A stretch of 64,000 nt of DNA, from sequence record MT129652.1. One strand, given 5' to 3'. Source of the DNA: Escherichia phage MN01. Of this stretch, positions 1 through 10,603 are shown in pieces; position 1 is the first letter of the stretch, and each line of letters starts with the position of its first letter. Position numbers and translations under genes: made by a program. Below the pieces are notes generated by a model. It did no database searches and was not told the origin of the DNA. It saw only the letters and a program-made list of their open reading frames with translations.

Positions 1-82
1 CTCAACTTTTGTCTCCAATGAACCAGGAGGACGGATTGCAATGTTATCGCCTATATTCAGCGGATGGTCGTCGCTTAATACG

Positions 83-574
83 TTAACCGGCTGTTCCATT
101 AATTATTTTCTCTTGTCTTTCCTGAGCTTCGTATGAGTCACCAACCTCATCCATCAAATCAGCAGGAGACCCCATGAAAATAGTTGCATTTTCAATATTT
201 GTCTGTGATGGTGTACCACCTTTTGTGCCGATTTGTTCAGCGGTGATTTCTTTCATTTCTTTATGAAGTTTTAACAGCTCTTTGTTCGTGGTAGTCATTT
301 GCCCCATAAGAGTTGCAAAGACTTCCATATGCCGTGGCGATTCGGCGTTCTTGGCTGCTTCAAGGAATATCTTACCAGCATCCATCAACATCTGCTGTTG
401 GAAGTGCAAGTTTTTACGAACAACAGAATAGTCATCCTCAAGGTCTGGCGTACGGTTATTTGGATTGCTTTCGACTTCTTTTAATACGAGAGGTTCGTAT
501 GCAGTAACTTCCTCCCCGGCAATTCCGGGAAGGTCTGTTATATCCATCAATTTGTTAATATCAAGTTCACTCAT
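83..574 (-). CDS. 16: terminase small subunit (T4 gp16-like)
   Basis: 163 aa; near full-length match to remembered T4 gp16 ([40 protein letters not shown]); lies next to gene 15 as in T4. Confidence 0.9.
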   Translation of the reverse strand: MSELDINKLMDITDLPGIAGEEVTAYEPLVLKEVESNPNNRTPDLEDDYSVVRKNLHFQQQMLMDAGKIFLEAAKNAESPRHMEVFATLMGQMTTTNKELLKLHKEMKEITAEQIGTKGGTPSQTNIENATIFMGSPADLMDEVGDSYEAQERQEKIINGTAG

Positions 575-1446
575 AGTGGTACCCTATTTTTTCTTGGGGC
601 TGGCGGCGCCGGGTCAACCGGTACAGGAATATCCTGCGAATATGTTTGAACAGATTCACCTTGCCAGTCTTCTTGGTCGACGTCTCGTGGAACGGCTTCC
701 GAGTCAACAGATTCGAAATTGCCCTCCGGTGCAAGCTCTCTGGAATTTGCAAAGAAGTCAAGATAGATAGTACGGATTTCCCCGGCTACTTCCTTAACCG
801 GTGGATATAACCAACCGTTAACTTCGAACATAATGGACCATTCGAGTCTACGACGAGTCATTGCATCACCTTCAATTTGCTCATCCATTGCTATGGACTG
901 CAATACGATTCTTATATCACGTTCGAACGTAATTTCATTCGTATAAAGTTCAGTGATGGTTGTATTAAAATGTGGCTGGAAGTAAGGCATGATTTGTTCG
1001 ATAATCTGGAACATATCATCTTGATGCCTTGTATATATTCCAAGCTCGAAAATCATTTTGACCGGCACAGGAGAATATTGAGATATCTGCTTGCGAGGGT
1101 CGTTATTAGCAAATCGCGCCTGTGTGTGATTCTGGAGAGCCGTTTTATATTGCCCGTTATACATCAAGTCAACCATATGTAGGTTCATACGGGGCAATAC
1201 GGTCTCGATTTTGGCCTTCTGAGCAGCACGTTCTTGCGGTGTCATGTCAGGAGTCGGTGTATTCTGAATAGCGGTCCATTTTCCAAGCTGCATCATGAAT
1301 TTTTCTTTTGAAGCGTAAGAAATAGGGACCTTAATATATTTAAGTCCAGTGTCTTCTCTGGTTCTGGCCACTTGTACATGGGAAAATAAATCGCCCATTA
1401 AAACGATATAGCGACGCAGAGACGAATTATAAAAATGCCCAAACAA
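571..1446 (-). CDS. 15: tail sheath stabiliser / tail completion protein (T4 gp15-like)
   Basis: 291 aa; N-terminus [13 protein letters not shown] and internal blocks match T4 gp15; first codon may be a non-ATG start. Confidence 0.88.
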   Translation of the reverse strand: MFGHFYNSSLRRYIVLMGDLFSHVQVARTREDTGLKYIKVPISYASKEKFMMQLGKWTAIQNTPTPDMTPQERAAQKAKIETVLPRMNLHMVDLMYNGQYKTALQNHTQARFANNDPRKQISQYSPVPVKMIFELGIYTRHQDDMFQIIEQIMPYFQPHFNTTITELYTNEITFERDIRIVLQSIAMDEQIEGDAMTRRRLEWSIMFEVNGWLYPPVKEVAGEIRTIYLDFFANSRELAPEGNFESVDSEAVPRDVDQEDWQGESVQTYSQDIPVPVDPAPPAPRKNRVPL

Positions 1447-1489
1447 AGTAACCTCCAGGCGCCCAATTCGGGCGCATTAATAAATGTAT

Positions 1490-2275
1490 TTATTCATCAA
1501 AGAAACTATCGTCAAAGCTATCCTGTTTTGCCTTTGGAGGAGTCTCAAGTCCACGACCATTCTGCACAAAATATGGTTTAACATATTCAGCTGCTTCTGC
1601 GTTAATCTCATCAGATTCTGCATAAGGGATATCGCTGATATCTGTAAGGCCATCAATATTGTGGATTGGTTGTAAATCGAGCTCGCTGAATTCTGAAATA
1701 TTAATACCTTCATTCCGTTGCAATTCAGGTTTAAGTTCTTCCCCGGAGTAAATGTATTTGCTCGCGGTGATTTTACGAATGGCGTTTTGACCCACCTGAT
1801 AGAACGGGTCATAAGGTTGCACCCATGTAATTTCAAACAGGCTGTTATCGAGAGGGAAATAAATCAAATCCCCCGCGATAGGTTCAGTGCCATTACATTG
1901 ATGTTTAAACAGATTAGGGTTAATCGATATTGTGATTTCGTCATTCACCGTCATACCGAATTTACTAAAGATAGAACCATCACCCTGATAAGCATCAAAC
2001 GTATCCAGATAACCAGCAAATTTCCATGCTTTATCGAATTTACTCTGGAGGTCTTCACCGAATAACAAATCCGGTTTAACGAATTGTCTAGGGATATAAT
2101 AGAGAGACATCCCGCGCATCTGAATACTTTCAGCAACAATAGCATCGGCTAAAGTCTGGGTATTTTCATGATGCATAAAGTTTACATAAGGGTTCAATAT
2201 CTCTGTAGCATTGGTATTGTCATACCCGGTCCCGTCTTCGAGCCGGGCGAATAATCTTGAGTCATAAGTAGCCAT
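1490..2275 (-). CDS. 14: neck protein (T4 gp14-like)
   Basis: 261 aa; position between 15 and 13; size matches T4 gp14. Confidence 0.85.
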   Translation of the reverse strand: MATYDSRLFARLEDGTGYDNTNATEILNPYVNFMHHENTQTLADAIVAESIQMRGMSLYYIPRQFVKPDLLFGEDLQSKFDKAWKFAGYLDTFDAYQGDGSIFSKFGMTVNDEITISINPNLFKHQCNGTEPIAGDLIYFPLDNSLFEITWVQPYDPFYQVGQNAIRKITASKYIYSGEELKPELQRNEGINISEFSELDLQPIHNIDGLTDISDIPYAESDEINAEAAEYVKPYFVQNGRGLETPPKAKQDSFDDSFFDE

Positions 2276-3213
2276 TAGCCCACCAATATAGGAGTTGGTG
2301 CATCCAGCAGGTCAAGTTCCTCACGAAGACGTTCTTTTTCCATGCGAGCTTCTTCGATTAAACGGACACCATCAACCGTGGTACCACCTGGCATCATCAT
2401 CCCCTGGTGTTTAGCCAATACGTTGCCGTTAACTTCCTTAACGAGCGCTGTGGCATAGTCTTTCACCCAACGGTTGTTGTATGCGCCATCTTGAAGTCCA
2501 AGGTCCTCACCGGCTCTCATACCGCTTATTCTGCGCGCTGGGTTATCCCACTGTGCACCCGCATTCCACGGATTATCACAATCGGCCGAAGCAAAACCAT
2601 AGCCAGCTGTATTGCCTACCATTGAATCCACACCGTTATACGATTTGGTATAAACTTCAATTACAATCACATCTCCCTGACGGAAGTTGCCCATAATTTT
2701 AAGTTGTTCAGTATCGTCATTATACCAGTAATCTGGCAGCGGAACCATCAGGTCTTGCATCATTGAACGGTATTGCATAAGCTGTGTAAAATAACCAAGG
2801 TCTGCACCAAAAGCATTTGGACCAAAGCTGTTACATGAGCTACCCATTCCACCGTTAATCCCGGCCAGCCCCAGAACAAAATCTGTGAACCACGGATATG
2901 TTGCTTGCCCGTCCATCGAAGTTAATGAACCGACGTTAGTACGAATAATCTGCGTTACTGCAAAAATATTACGTCCTTTTAAATCGAAAACACCATCACG
3001 GAATTTCTGTTGTGAAACTTCATCATGACCGATATAAAAAGCCTGATAACCTTTGTTATAACCATTATAATGATATTCACCATATAATTCTAATGCGCGC
3101 TGGATGCAATCATAAACCTGTTCGGTCGTAACTTCGATATTCGTGATTGGAGCACCAAGACGACGAAGGATTGCATCTTTTAATTGTTTCGGGTTGTATG
3201 ATTCAGTTGCCAT
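2275..3213 (-). CDS. 13: neck protein (T4 gp13-like)
   Basis: 312 aa; size and position match T4 gp13; overlaps gene 14 start (ATGA-type coupling). Confidence 0.85.
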   Translation of the reverse strand: MATESYNPKQLKDAILRRLGAPITNIEVTTEQVYDCIQRALELYGEYHYNGYNKGYQAFYIGHDEVSQQKFRDGVFDLKGRNIFAVTQIIRTNVGSLTSMDGQATYPWFTDFVLGLAGINGGMGSSCNSFGPNAFGADLGYFTQLMQYRSMMQDLMVPLPDYWYNDDTEQLKIMGNFRQGDVIVIEVYTKSYNGVDSMVGNTAGYGFASADCDNPWNAGAQWDNPARRISGMRAGEDLGLQDGAYNNRWVKDYATALVKEVNGNVLAKHQGMMMPGGTTVDGVRLIEEARMEKERLREELDLLDAPTPILVG

Positions 3214-3231
3214 ATGTTTTCCTCTTTACTG

Positions 3232-3239
3232 TATTTATA
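3232..3239 (-). promoter_or_regulatory. T4-type late promoter (TATAAATA on minus strand) for gene 13
   Basis: exact TATAAATA octamer about 20-28 nt upstream of the gene 13 ATG, immediately downstream of the wac terminator. Confidence 0.5.
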
Positions 3240-3241
3240 CG

Positions 3242-3262
3242 AAAAAAGGGCCGAAGCCCTTT
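3242..3262 (-). terminator. rho-independent terminator after wac
   Basis: GGGC-CGAA-GCCC hairpin flanked by A6/T5 runs directly after the wac stop. Confidence 0.6.
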
Positions 3263-3265
3263 TTG

Positions 3266-5635
3266 TTATGGTGCTGGATTTAATGTCACGAATGTTGACA
3301 AAAGAACCCATGCATTATCAACGAGAACATACGGGAGACCATCATCCGCAGGAGCGACAGGAGGCCTTTTGGAGAGCTCTGTTTCTAAGGCTGATACTTT
3401 ACCTTCCAACGTAGTTATCTTCGTCTCGGCTGCAGTCAGGCGACCAGGAAGAGGAGTTACTGTACCTTCAAGAGTTGTCACACGAGTAGTTAACGGTGCA
3501 ATTTTTGCAGTATCCAATTTAATTGCAGTAATTTCATCTTCAACTGTTGCAACTCTTTCGTCTAGCGGTGCAATTTTTGCGGTATCGAGTTTAATCGTAG
3601 TGATTTCTCCTTCACTTGATGTAACTCTTTCGTCTAGCGGTGCAATTTTTGCAGTATCCAATTTAATTGCGGTAATTTCATCTTCAACTGTTGCAATTTT
3701 TGCAGTATCCAATTTAATCGCAGTGATTTCATCTTCAACTGTTGCAACACGCGTAGTTAATGGAGCAATTTTTGCAGTATCCAATTTAATTGCGGTAATT
3801 TCATTTTCACTTGATGTGACACGCGTAGTTAATGGAGCAATTTTTGCAGTATCCAATTTAATCGCAGTGATTTCTCCTTCCGCCGAAGTCATTCGACCGG
3901 TCAAGGTTACCAAACCACCTTTGTTTGTTTCGATATTTGCTTTAATGGTAACCAGCTCGCCCTCAACATTGCTAACGTCTAAAGCCAAAGCAGTGACATC
4001 ATCATCAGTCGCCGCTGTTTTGGTTTCCAGTGCGGTTATTTTACCGTCAACAGTCGTATCCTTCGTTTCTAATGCAGTGAGTCGACCATCTTGTTCTGTA
4101 TCTTTATTTTGCAGAGCAAGAACATCTGCCTTAACACCGGTGACGGAAGTATTCAGTGCACCATAACGAGTATCTAATGAACTAATTGCCGTATCATTAT
4201 CATCAACACGACCTGTTAATGTTGTTACGCGTCCATCGGTTGTTGCCAATGAAGCTTTAACCGCGTCAACTTCAGTTTTGGAATCGATAATTTCAGCCCA
4301 AGTTCCTTGCTTGCGGCCATATAACTTATTATCTAGTGGTGCGTCGTTCAGCTTGGACGCCATCATCATATCCAAGTTAATTACAACCGGGAGAACACCA
4401 CGTTCAGCCACAGTAGCACCGTTAGGGTTGGTTCCGTTCATCTGACTAGTTAAAGTCAAAATAGAGCCTTTCATACCGGTGGTATTTGTACCGATTTCGG
4501 CCTGTACATCCTGAAGACCCGATGCAGTTTCGTTAGCCAGCGTAGTGGTTGCATTCAACTTATACGTGATAGTGTTTGGCTCCGGAGATTGCTCTGTACC
4601 GATTCTCTGAGAAAGCCATGCAGTGGTTCCGCGTAAACCAGAGCTTGAATCCTGACCAACAACAACCTGTAAGCCATTAACATCCGTCCGCAAAGCACCA
4701 ATTCGACCATTAATTGTCAATGGCTCCAGCGCTGTTCCAATATCGGTTTCAACCTTCGTGAGTCTTGGTTTGATATCAGCAATATCTGTTTCATTGGCTA
4801 AAACACGTCCACCAAGATTTTCAACGCGGGTTGTAATTGCAATCCCTGTACCAAAACCAATAGCTTCTTGAATGTTGACAATATCTTCGTCAATTTCAAC
4901 TGCTTTATCATCAAGAGTATTCAGTCGAACAAATACAGCCGGTTTATCTGTTGCTAAAGTAGACTCACCTAATTCTTCACGAATTTTAATTACTTTTACG
5001 TTAAGAGAACCAACATCAGAATCATGATAGTTATCTTCAAGAGTCTTAATACGAACTCCATGCGCAACAATAGCCGAACTGTTATCGATGATGCGGCGTT
5101 TCATGCCTTTTGACGGATTTCCAATAACCTGAAGACCATTTATATCTTGGTCAACATACTGACCTAATTCATTTTTAATCCATACGAGGTCATTACGAAC
5201 TGTACGATAATATGAATCGGTTAACGGGTCATAAGCACCAACATCTTCCTTTAACTTTTTAAGACCTTCGGATGTTTCGCTTGATAGTAATTCGGTATTA
5301 AATTGACGTTCATCAAGGTCAAGAATATCCGTACGGTTTTTTTCAATTTGTTTAACAACTTCCGTGTTAGTTGTTATATCCAAAGCTTCCTGAATATTAT
5401 TGACGTTATCAATAATTTCGTTGATTTTTTCTTTAGATGCATTTGAGTTGTCGTCGAGTGTATCTACGTTTGTTTGAACGCCAACTGCAGCGGCGTTCAA
5501 ATTACCATCATGACCATATTTGGTACTGGCCGCAGTCATACAATCGCCGTTTTGTATCCAACGAATTCTCTGTTGACCTTCGTCTGGAATACCGATGCTA
5601 TACGGCAGTTCTTTGAGACTGAGTTTATTAATCAT
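3266..5635 (-). CDS. wac: fibritin (whisker/collar protein), expanded coiled-coil
   Basis: N-terminus LPYSIGIPDEGQQRIRWIQNG matches T4 fibritin N-domain; C-terminal foldon-like LPYVLVDNAWVLLSTF; about 790 aa versus 487 in T4; start set at the Met following the gene 12 stop with an AGGA Shine-Dalgarno. Confidence 0.88.
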   Translation of the reverse strand: MINKLSLKELPYSIGIPDEGQQRIRWIQNGDCMTAASTKYGHDGNLNAAAVGVQTNVDTLDDNSNASKEKINEIIDNVNNIQEALDITTNTEVVKQIEKNRTDILDLDERQFNTELLSSETSEGLKKLKEDVGAYDPLTDSYYRTVRNDLVWIKNELGQYVDQDINGLQVIGNPSKGMKRRIIDNSSAIVAHGVRIKTLEDNYHDSDVGSLNVKVIKIREELGESTLATDKPAVFVRLNTLDDKAVEIDEDIVNIQEAIGFGTGIAITTRVENLGGRVLANETDIADIKPRLTKVETDIGTALEPLTINGRIGALRTDVNGLQVVVGQDSSSGLRGTTAWLSQRIGTEQSPEPNTITYKLNATTTLANETASGLQDVQAEIGTNTTGMKGSILTLTSQMNGTNPNGATVAERGVLPVVINLDMMMASKLNDAPLDNKLYGRKQGTWAEIIDSKTEVDAVKASLATTDGRVTTLTGRVDDNDTAISSLDTRYGALNTSVTGVKADVLALQNKDTEQDGRLTALETKDTTVDGKITALETKTAATDDDVTALALDVSNVEGELVTIKANIETNKGGLVTLTGRMTSAEGEITAIKLDTAKIAPLTTRVTSSENEITAIKLDTAKIAPLTTRVATVEDEITAIKLDTAKIATVEDEITAIKLDTAKIAPLDERVTSSEGEITTIKLDTAKIAPLDERVATVEDEITAIKLDTAKIAPLTTRVTTLEGTVTPLPGRLTAAETKITTLEGKVSALETELSKRPPVAPADDGLPYVLVDNAWVLLSTFVTLNPAP
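3470..3880 (-). repeat. tandem 72-bp (24-aa) coding repeat array inside wac
   Basis: six near-identical units EITAIKLDTAKIAPLTTRV(T/A)xx (one truncated to 17 aa) visible in both the protein and the nucleotide sequence. Confidence 0.85.
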
Positions 5636-5643
5636 TTTGGTCC

Positions 5644-7194
5644 TTAGTAATGAATTTTGATAATATAGTTTAAAGACATATTCCATGGGCGAGTTTCATA
5701 TCCAATAAGACCTTCACGGTTTAATGTACCTAAAGCATCTCTGCCGCCACCGAGTTCAAATCCATCGTTAGTAAAATATGAAGCGTTATCCCAGTCCGCA
5801 TATTTTCTTGTGCCCAGATAACCCTGATAAACTGATGCACCAAATGGAGCTTCGTTACGTTGGTATTCACCCCAACCACCCGCGTGTTTATGATATGACA
5901 TTTGCTGAGCTTGTACACCACCAACCCATGAACCATCACAACCAACACCTAAACGGTCTTTGCCATAACCATCTTGACCGCGGTTATTCAGAATATGCCC
6001 ACCGGTACCAGCACCACGAACAAACAAACCACGCATATCAGGAATACCGACGTTGGTCCAATCGCCACCGAAACGAGTTCCAACAGTATTTCGATAGTCA
6101 GGGAATTGGTCACCATTAACAGTGCCGCCATGACACATAATCCAGCCAGGAGGAGCATTATCACCTGCGAACATCATCACCGTTCCAACTGGAACCCGTT
6201 CAGAAGCATAACGCTGTGTAGAAAGTAATTGACCGCCCATATGAGCTGTATTGGAATCAAAATTGCCGGTGGAAATATAATCTAAAGAAAGACTTCCATT
6301 AATTCGTTGACCACCGCGAGTGTTGATTACATCAGCATTCCAAGCCAGCGCACCGGCACCATCACCACCAGGAGCAACCCCAGCCTGAGTGGTTAATCGA
6401 ACGACACCGCGAATATCGGTTGTAGCACCACGACCATTAAGAGTTGCTCCGGTTACCGCAACACCATCAGCACTGTTATTAATCTCTGACTGATTACCAA
6501 GACGAATAATCCCAGCGCGGTCTTGTGTTGCTGTACGAGCATTTAAACCTGCTGGAGAAATTGCCACACCGTCACCCAGGGTTCCTGCTTGCACTTCAGC
6601 ATTTGTAGCAATTCGTACTAAACCAGAAACAGTTTGTGTGGCAGTTGAATAAGTCGGAAGAGCCGCAGTTGCCTTGCCAATTGCCAGAGCAACTTTCAAC
6701 GGAGACATAGCGGTTGTATCATCTGTACCAGCTAACGCTGCATCCTCGGTACTAATACGAAGAACACCCAAATTATTTTCGGTACCAACACGAACAGTAA
6801 AAACATCATCAATTGTTGCTTTTAATGAAGATGGAACAATAGCTGCATCGGTTACTGTCCCGGCAATTGCTTCAGCATCGGTTGCATAACGGGTAATACC
6901 TACATAAGTTTCTGTGGCTTGCGTAGGGATGTCTAAACGAGCTTTTAAGGTCGCTGGAGTAACTGCAGAGTCTGGACTAATACCATCAATAACTTCTTGT
7001 GTGGTGGCTAGTCTGATGAGCCCTGCGGTCGTTTCGGAAGAGGCTGGGATATATCCATCTAACGCAATTTTATTAAGAGACCCTAAAGCCTCTTGTACGT
7101 TGGTAACAGTCGACGGGAAGGCTGTCCCCGTCGGGTCGAACGTTTTATATTCGGATTTATCGCTAATGTGTTTTAGCGTGTTAGTCGTTGTCAT
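5644..7194 (-). CDS. 12: short tail fibre protein (T4 gp12-like)
   Basis: 516 aa; strong collinear similarity to T4 gp12 including C-terminal ...MSYHKHAGG.GEY...TRPWN.SLNYIIK. Confidence 0.9.
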   Translation of the reverse strand: MTTTNTLKHISDKSEYKTFDPTGTAFPSTVTNVQEALGSLNKIALDGYIPASSETTAGLIRLATTQEVIDGISPDSAVTPATLKARLDIPTQATETYVGITRYATDAEAIAGTVTDAAIVPSSLKATIDDVFTVRVGTENNLGVLRISTEDAALAGTDDTTAMSPLKVALAIGKATAALPTYSTATQTVSGLVRIATNAEVQAGTLGDGVAISPAGLNARTATQDRAGIIRLGNQSEINNSADGVAVTGATLNGRGATTDIRGVVRLTTQAGVAPGGDGAGALAWNADVINTRGGQRINGSLSLDYISTGNFDSNTAHMGGQLLSTQRYASERVPVGTVMMFAGDNAPPGWIMCHGGTVNGDQFPDYRNTVGTRFGGDWTNVGIPDMRGLFVRGAGTGGHILNNRGQDGYGKDRLGVGCDGSWVGGVQAQQMSYHKHAGGWGEYQRNEAPFGASVYQGYLGTRKYADWDNASYFTNDGFELGGGRDALGTLNREGLIGYETRPWNMSLNYIIKIHY

Positions 7195-7859
7195 TACGAT
7201 ACTCGCTTATAATGGTAAAGTGAAATTGCGCCATTTGCTGTGCCACCTGATAATGTCTGGGTTGAAGTTCCAAGATATTCCCAGGAACCATAACCACCAC
7301 GCGGTTGCTGTATAATAGTCTGGCTAAGCGTACAACCATATTGAGCAAAAGGTGCAAAATTATGGTTTTGGTAGTCGTTATATGTAATATTTAATATAGA
7401 CTGGTCTACACTATCAATTGCAGAGCTTGACACAATTAAACTATCAGCAACAGCCGCCAGCAAAGCATCGTTAACCTTGGAAGCAACTAATACAGCCGAA
7501 TCCCCGACAATAACCTCAACTGGAATACCAAAAATGAAAAATAAAACAGTATCACCAACCCCAGCACCAGAAATAGACCCGGTGAATTTAATTTTATCCG
7601 ACTGGCTAATTGCCGCAGGAGAAAGGTTATTCGTATTAGTAATTACACTGCCAACCGGAAGCTCATATCGAAACGCAATATCATCTATTGCGCTCTGAAC
7701 TGTTGGATAAAAAATACCCTCGGTTGTTTGTGTTGCGGATGGGCCGCCGATTGCTCGTTGACCCATGACAGCCGTAATATTTTTTGATGTATTTTGAAAT
7801 TCTAAGTAACTAGCAAGGCGGGAAATTACTCCAGCCTTTTTATTCGTTAATGTTTTCAT
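7194..7859 (-). CDS. 11: baseplate wedge / short-tail-fibre attachment protein (T4 gp11-like)
   Basis: 221 aa; position and size match gp11. Confidence 0.85.
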   Translation of the reverse strand: MKTLTNKKAGVISRLASYLEFQNTSKNITAVMGQRAIGGPSATQTTEGIFYPTVQSAIDDIAFRYELPVGSVITNTNNLSPAAISQSDKIKFTGSISGAGVGDTVLFFIFGIPVEVIVGDSAVLVASKVNDALLAAVADSLIVSSSAIDSVDQSILNITYNDYQNHNFAPFAQYGCTLSQTIIQQPRGGYGSWEYLGTSTQTLSGGTANGAISLYHYKRVS

Positions 7860-9670
7860 TAAGCAATCCTTACCCAGCGATGAGCAATCAAATATGGAGG
7901 CATTGTATAAACCGGTTGAGCTTGAGGGTCTTGCGCCTGATTAATGGTGGCTTTGTCTTCTCTGTATTTGGTATAGGCTGGACCTTGTACGTCTGGGTCT
8001 ACCTGACAACCACCGACAACAATCGGGCCATTATCATCAACAACTAAAACCTTCTCATCGGTTTCAAGTTTAGGTACGTTTATATCTTTAATATGAACTT
8101 CAACGCTACCACCTGTACCACCTGCTGTCGCTTGTGGGTTACCACCAGAATCCAGGTCATTATTGTTTGTATGGAAGTTTGAGGCAGGGTCGTCTGACCA
8201 GGCAACAATTACACGTTCTTTCAAACGTTTCCATGAACCAAATCCCATATAAGTAACCGGGTTATTTGGGTTAACCGTATTTTCGTAAATTGTACCGACC
8301 GGATAGAATAATTCAAAGATAGCGCCAACAGAAGATGGAACAACTTCCTGAAGACCGACTGGCTCAACGTTTGGTGCAAACGGATTATCAAAATCTGTGA
8401 TACGCACACGTCCGGTTAGACTCAACGTATTTCCCTGAGAAACATAAAGAGTATCAGTCTCATCACGGATTTCATCCATGGTCATAGTTGTGCCGATATC
8501 GTTATTGTACCAAATGACCGACAGAATATCACCGTCCTCAAATTCACGATAAATGCTAATGCCTTCGATACGGTTATCATCATCAAATTGCAGCAAATAA
8601 TCCTGGGTCGATTCAGACCAGCTACCACCATTTGCACTACATTCTGCAGCAGTAGAACCTTGTGCACCTTCACAATAAAATACCGGAGTTCCCGCAGTAC
8701 CAGCTTGATGCTGTAAAATACTGTTAATGAATACCTGGCATGCGTTTGGGTTAATTGGGCTACCTGGGGAAATACCAAGTTCTTCAATTGTAAAGGTGTG
8801 TTTGGTTGTCAAATCCGTAACAATCAAAGAACCATTAATTGTTGTTTCTTTGGTCCTGTCTTGACTACGAACAAGTACATCGCGGCGATTATACGAACTA
8901 CGCCATTGAGCAATACCATCATTAAATGTTCGGATGATAACAGTATCACCTTCAGCACATGGCATTTTCAGACGGATGCTTTTACCATCAAGCGCAACGA
9001 TTTCACCAGGGTTTGCACCAGGGGAACCAAATTCAGCATTCACCGGGTCGAAAATATCATCTTTACCATAAAACAGGTCGTTACCACGGTGTTTGACTTC
9101 CAAGTTCGATACGCTATATGGAATAGCACCAAACACATTGATAAAGTCAGTTTGTCCTTCGGTAGCAATAAACTGTTGGGATGCAACTGTAGCAACGTCG
9201 TTATTTGAAATTTTATCGACTTGTTTATTATCGATATATTCCCAACGACCTGGTGAACAATATACAAGTTCAAGGTCAGCTAAGTTGCGTTTAATTTCTA
9301 CTGGATTCGGTGAGCCTTTAATCGTATCCCCGACTGCAGGAACAATTGTCACCGGGTTGATTTGCCAGGTAGCAAACACATCACGCAAGCGAATTACATA
9401 ATTGTATTCTTGAGTTGTTCCTTTTGGAAGGATAACTCGAACTGCACCGGCTGATGTATCGATGGTATAGCTTCGACCCATAACAGCGGACAACTCGGTG
9501 CCTTCTTGCGTAGTCCAAGTTTTCCATGCACCAGCTGCATGAGGATTTTCACCGTCCCCTAGCTGATAATAAAGGTCGTCAAAGTTATTGTTTATTTTTT
9601 GACCGCCAAGACGAAGGTAATCACCAGTACCATCATCAACCATATTGCCAATTTTTAAATTCTGTTTCAT
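7859..9670 (-). CDS. 10: baseplate wedge subunit (T4 gp10-like)
   Basis: 603 aa; position and size (T4 gp10 602 aa). Confidence 0.85.
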   Translation of the reverse strand: MKQNLKIGNMVDDGTGDYLRLGGQKINNNFDDLYYQLGDGENPHAAGAWKTWTTQEGTELSAVMGRSYTIDTSAGAVRVILPKGTTQEYNYVIRLRDVFATWQINPVTIVPAVGDTIKGSPNPVEIKRNLADLELVYCSPGRWEYIDNKQVDKISNNDVATVASQQFIATEGQTDFINVFGAIPYSVSNLEVKHRGNDLFYGKDDIFDPVNAEFGSPGANPGEIVALDGKSIRLKMPCAEGDTVIIRTFNDGIAQWRSSYNRRDVLVRSQDRTKETTINGSLIVTDLTTKHTFTIEELGISPGSPINPNACQVFINSILQHQAGTAGTPVFYCEGAQGSTAAECSANGGSWSESTQDYLLQFDDDNRIEGISIYREFEDGDILSVIWYNNDIGTTMTMDEIRDETDTLYVSQGNTLSLTGRVRITDFDNPFAPNVEPVGLQEVVPSSVGAIFELFYPVGTIYENTVNPNNPVTYMGFGSWKRLKERVIVAWSDDPASNFHTNNNDLDSGGNPQATAGGTGGSVEVHIKDINVPKLETDEKVLVVDDNGPIVVGGCQVDPDVQGPAYTKYREDKATINQAQDPQAQPVYTMPPYLIAHRWVRIA

Positions 9671-10539
9671 TATACCGGTACTCCGATTGTTTGGGTGGAA
9701 ATTACTTTAACAGCGAGCTTCATGGCAGTGGGTGAGCTTATAGCCGCCTGAATGATATCTTGGTTATCAATTCTAAAATCGATGGCATATATCTCATCAT
9801 CTTCATTAGTTTGTCCACGTTTGATTACAGCGTATTCTGTGCTATATACCTTGCGGTCCTTAAGGTCGATGTAAAGTAATATTTCTGATGCTTTGTATTT
9901 AGTTTCGTCTGTTGAAATAGCTGTCAGCATCAATTTGATAGTTTTATAATCTGCGCGGAAAGCAAGCGGAATATCACGAACAACCGAGCTCATATTGTAT
10001 GTTTTGTCGAGCAATACAGATTGGTTACCAAACATACTTTCAATTTTGTAGTCCCAGGTCCCTACGCCGTTAGCATCGTCAATACACCACAATGTAATTT
10101 TTGTATAAGGCTGAGTAAATTTCATTTTGTTCGTTGCGGCGGTCAGGAATGAATCCGTGCCTTGCAGTTCAACTTCCAGAGGCATCGAGGTGGATAATGA
10201 ACCATTGGAGTTAATAAAGATAACACCTTCGCCTGCTTTACCTTTTGCAATTCTTGCGGTGATAACACCTTCGGCAGTATTGACATCCCGCATAGAACCG
10301 AGAGCAACAGTCGAGTTCCATTCGATGATATTTGTAGCTTTTTGATAGTAGCCAGTCGCATGAAGTACCTGGGAGTTTTCTCCATTGTTCACAGAGTACA
10401 GACGCTGGTCGCCGAATGTATTATACAAACTGTCTAAATCCACGTTCAGTTTACGACCGCCTTCATATAGAATATCACCGGTGCTGGCGTTACCAATCTC
10501 GCCGATGTCTACTAATAATTTTGGGGTTTGATTAATCAT
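9670..10539 (-). CDS. 9: baseplate wedge long-tail-fibre connector (T4 gp9-like)
   Basis: 289 aa; position and size (T4 gp9 288 aa). Confidence 0.85.
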   Translation of the reverse strand: MINQTPKLLVDIGEIGNASTGDILYEGGRKLNVDLDSLYNTFGDQRLYSVNNGENSQVLHATGYYQKATNIIEWNSTVALGSMRDVNTAEGVITARIAKGKAGEGVIFINSNGSLSTSMPLEVELQGTDSFLTAATNKMKFTQPYTKITLWCIDDANGVGTWDYKIESMFGNQSVLLDKTYNMSSVVRDIPLAFRADYKTIKLMLTAISTDETKYKASEILLYIDLKDRKVYSTEYAVIKRGQTNEDDEIYAIDFRIDNQDIIQAAISSPTAMKLAVKVISTQTIGVPV

Positions 10540-10566
10540 AGGTAAGCCTCGTTATTGATATAGCTA

Positions 10567-10574
10567 TATTTATA
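10567..10574 (-). promoter_or_regulatory. T4-type late promoter (TATAAATA) for gene 9
   Basis: exact TATAAATA on minus strand about 28 nt upstream of the gene 9 ATG. Confidence 0.5.
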
Positions 10575-10578
10575 GAAT

Positions 10579-10600
10579 AAAAAAGGGACCCGAAGGTCCC
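10579..10600 (-). terminator. rho-independent terminator after gene 8
   Basis: GGGACC-CGAA-GGTCCC hairpin followed by T-run on minus strand, just downstream of the gene 8 stop. Confidence 0.6.
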
Positions 10601-10603
10601 TAG

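Noticed and set aside
1446-1446. Possible non-ATG (TTG) initiation of gene 15
   Set aside because: The N-terminus aligns with T4 gp15 from the first codon, but I could not verify the start codon base by base by hand, so no claim is made.
3470-3880. Regularly spaced near-identical repeats that could superficially suggest a CRISPR array
   Set aside because: The units are contiguous 72-bp in-frame coding repeats with no unique spacers, inside the fibritin ORF; there are no cas genes.
3147-4166. 339-aa plus-strand ORF with a repetitive AIFAVSNLIAVISSS pattern
   Set aside because: It is the antisense reading of the wac tandem repeats; its periodicity mirrors the sense-strand repeat and it lies wholly inside a well-supported fibritin gene.
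5778-6119. 113-aa His-rich plus-strand ORF
   Set aside because: Antisense within the gene 12 short-tail-fibre coding region; compositional artefact.
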